Shown here piece after piece: positions 61,061 through 64,000 of a stretch of DNA of 64,000 bases (position 1 is the first letter of the stretch; each line of letters begins with the position of its first letter). Position numbers and translations under genes: made by a program. The notes beneath the pieces are model-generated. The model searched no databases and had not been told where the DNA came from. It saw only the letters and a list, made by a program, of their open reading frames with translations. The DNA lies in assembly GCA_905178155.1 (NCBI GenBank), contig CAJINV010000015.1, forward strand, positions 1,604,538 through 1,668,537, written 5' to 3'. This DNA comes from Amoebophrya sp. A120. Taxonomy: Eukaryota; Protista; Dinoflagellata.

Positions 61061-62962
61061 ATGTTGTCCCTCACCGAGCTGAATTCCGGACTCCAGTTCT
61101 GGATGGACAGTTGCGAGCACAAGAATCACTGGGGCTGGCTTGTCTTCCACTACGCCATACTCGTGGGCGCGTCGCAACCAAGTCCGATCTGCGTGGTGTT
61201 AGCCGCGGTGATATGCGGCATCTCCGATGAGCAGTGGAAGACCTACGCGTTTGACTATTTTCATTTAGACGACAAGGACTTCGGGGTGCCCATGCTCTAC
61301 TGTGTCTGGGTGCCGTTGATGGTGGCCGTGACGTACTGGATAAACGGGGGCTTTCTGCTCGCGTTGGACTGGTCCAGGCCAGAGGTACAAATACTTCTGT
61401 GGTGTGATTGAATACGTTTACCACTTTATTTCTTCAGTTTGTCATGCGCAGGGACATTTTTTATTCCCTCTGCTGATGACAGTTCCGCATGGCAAATCTA
61501 CATCAAAAAATTCCATCAGGTTCTCCAGGGGTTTCGCCTCCAAGCGTCCAACAAGTTGACGAAGGAAAAAATCCGCAAGTTGGTCCGGAATATCGCGATA
61601 AACATCTTCCTCGTGCTGCCCTTCATCGGGTTCCTCTTTCTAGTCCTCCAGCTGAAAACGCCATTAGGCTTGAAGCTCGAGCTATGGAAAGAAAAAAGTT
61701 TGTCACAGTCACTAACTTGCAGGTTTTGCATTACAAATTTTTTTAGCAGCACAGTTTTTCCTTGTATTGCAGAAACACTAGGGTAATCCCCTATGAAGCT
61801 TGGCTGTCATGCATTTTTACGCATGACAGCCAATTTTGTATTGCAAAAATGCGCATGAGTGATCGTGACGCTCTTTTTCTGTTTGATACGAGCCAACACT
61901 CCCGAGCTACATGAGCAGAGCCGTGCACACGTTTATCTCCGTGTTCTTCGTCAACGAGGTGCTGTTTTTCTACGGGCACTGGCTCTTTCACGCGAACAAG
62001 TGGCTTTACAAAAGTATTCTTGGCAGATTTTTTTTTCTTGTTTCCATCAAGTTCTATCTAAATCTAACTTCTTGGTTCTATTTCCTTTTCGTTTTCAGCA
62101 TGAGAAATTCACTTTGTTTTGCAAGAATGGCATGACAAATCAAACCACAGACATCCACAAGATCCACCACGAGTTCACCGCCCCGAACGCTTTCGCCGCG
62201 ATCTACTGCCACCCGATAGAACTTACGCAGTGCAAAAGTATCGTACTCGTACTGAAACTGATTGCGTTTGTGCATTACAGATCTTTTTCTCAATGCAAAT
62301 CCGCATTACAAATTCAATCTGTAATGCTAAGTCAATTTGTAATGCAATTTATACTTATTAGTACGATGCTTTTGCAATGCATAGAACTCATCGTCTCCGA
62401 CTTCATCCCCCTTGGGGTGGGCCCGCTGCTTCTCAACTCTCACGTCTACGTCTTCCTCTGTTGGGCGTTGTTCGCCGTGCTCGGAACGCAGACCCACCAC
62501 AGCGGGTTCAAGTGGCCGTGGGCGAAAGGGTGGGACCATCAGCCCGAGTTTCATGATCTACACCATGCGAAATTTAACGGAAACTACGGGAACATCGGGT
62601 TTTTGGACTGGCTGCACGGAACTACACTGCACTTGCCAGTAATACCGAAGACGGTGAAGGAGCCGGTAGACAATGCAGCTACGGGTTCTACATCTACTCC
62701 GGATGCAAGTACAATAGAAGGTGCTGCAGCTTCTATATCATCATCACCAACAGCGACAACAGGTCCTTCAACAACAGCCGCAAACACCGCGGAAGCTGCT
62801 GCAACATCAGCGAGAAGTAGAATAAAGCTCACAGAAATGACGATGAAGGATAGGAGTGGGGCAATGACCACGACGTCAGGCGCCGGGAGTAGAAGTTCGA
62901 GCATCAGCACAACCACGCCGGAAGATGGGATTAAAAGTTCAGCGACGGCTGCGGTGAAGTAG
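61061..62962 (+). CDS. Fatty acid hydroxylase / sterol desaturase family protein (FAXDC2-like)
   Basis: His boxes HWLFH, HKIHH, THH, HDLHH; NYG..GFLDWLHGT. Introns 61385-61520 and 62013-62149 (GT-AG) plus 2 introners. Frame is open upstream to about 60836, so the start is uncertain. Confidence 0.9.
61683..61888. mobile_element. Introner family H-like
   Basis: TIR; TSD CGAGC. Confidence 0.85.
62224..62383. mobile_element. Introner family B
   Basis: TIR; TSD GAACT. Confidence 0.9.
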
Positions 62963-64000
62963 GAATTTCGAAAGTTGGCGGGGAGAAGTTTGCGCCGGAT
63001 TAGTTGTTGGAGATCGATGCGGAACGACCGAAGGAGCATACGGAGCAGAAGAAGGTAGCGAGACCGCTTTGTCGCCGCCTATAATCTGCAGCTTTTTTTA
63101 CTTCGACTACTCGCGGCGCCGCTTTCGAAAGGGATTTTGTGTGCAGGAACCATTGATTCTTATTTGAGGTCTGAAGGCGAAAAAGGTTTGTTGATCTTCT
63201 TGTTACGAAGATGCGACTAGGATTAAAACCTGCCTCTGTTCAGCGACCTTTCAAGAAAAAACCGGAAAAGCATGTGCTTTTGAATTTGAACGCGAAGCGC
63301 ATTTTACTGAGTACGCCCGTAAGGAGTGCGTACTTGTTTATCTCGTAAAGATTTTCGTCTGTCCTAACGGCGACAAAAGAACAACTGAACATGATCGAGA
63401 AGTGTCTTCAATTGTTGTTGTGGAGCTGTTTTTACAATGAGCTGCCGCAGTTTTTTGAGTGTATTGCCGTGTTCGCTTGCCATCGTTCCAGATGGACACT
63501 GTTAGTGAGGCGAGATGATAACTGGGAGAGCGACGCTGTTAGTGGCGGCGGAGTTGCTTCGGCCAGCCTCCTGCTTGCAGGAAGCACCGCGGTGCGCGCC
63601 GTCGTGGTCACTGCCGCGCGCTGGCGCCGTGCCCTAGCAGCTGCGCCGCTTTTCGAGGCGTAAGCGGGGCCCCGGCCCGCCTTTTCGGGCCCTCGCGGCC
63701 CATCGATCCGCCGAGGGACAGCGCCGCGGCGCGCGTTGCCCTTTCCTGGCTCGCTTGGGGCCCGCATTGGGTCGATGGCTTGCCTGTGAAAGCGGCGCAG
63801 CCCCTGCTGGGGACAACCTGCGCCAACCCCGCCCCGCTCCTTAAAGTGTTGAAGGAAGCACGCCGCCGCGCGTTGCTTGGTTGTGGGGCCGGGCGGGGCC
63901 TTCGGTCTTTCTGGGCCGACGAAATTGCGCCCCTGCCCATCGGGGGCGGCGGCGGGTTTCTAAATATCCCCCCCAAGCTGGGGGGGGGGTATCGGATGGC

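Noticed and set aside
395-62383. Recurrent small ORFs (KCKNVWVWK, FQTQTFLHL, LPDPDIF) as a peptide family
   Set aside because: They are readings of the family-A TIR in different frames.
63660-64000. GC-rich stretch at the window edge, possibly the start of another repeat
   Set aside because: Truncated; no boundaries or repeat unit can be established.

Overview
Eukaryotic genomic DNA with nine protein-coding genes, all on the + strand: a cold-shock/RS protein (5'-partial), prolyl oligopeptidase, WD40 protein, two divergent paralogous coiled-coil/membrane proteins, a low-complexity Ser/Thr kinase, Sec1/Munc18, a large coiled-coil protein and a fatty-acid hydroxylase. The six-frame ORF track is fragmented because the coding exons are interrupted by 66 (manual count) short inverted-repeat elements, mostly 150-370 bp, in about 8 families. 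Nearly all begin and end with TA and sit between 5-bp direct repeats (target-site duplications, TSDs). Removing the element plus one TSD copy restores the reading frame, usually without GT-AG ends. This matches the non-canonical 'introner' introns known from the parasitic dinoflagellate Amoebophrya (organism inferred, not proven). Features beyond that basic picture: the same element occurs in both orientations in + strand genes; all families share an internal TTGT(C/G/A)ATGC motif; elements occur only in CDS; one has expanded to 8.2 kb by carrying a palindrome-rich satellite. All gene models were assembled by hand without RNA data.
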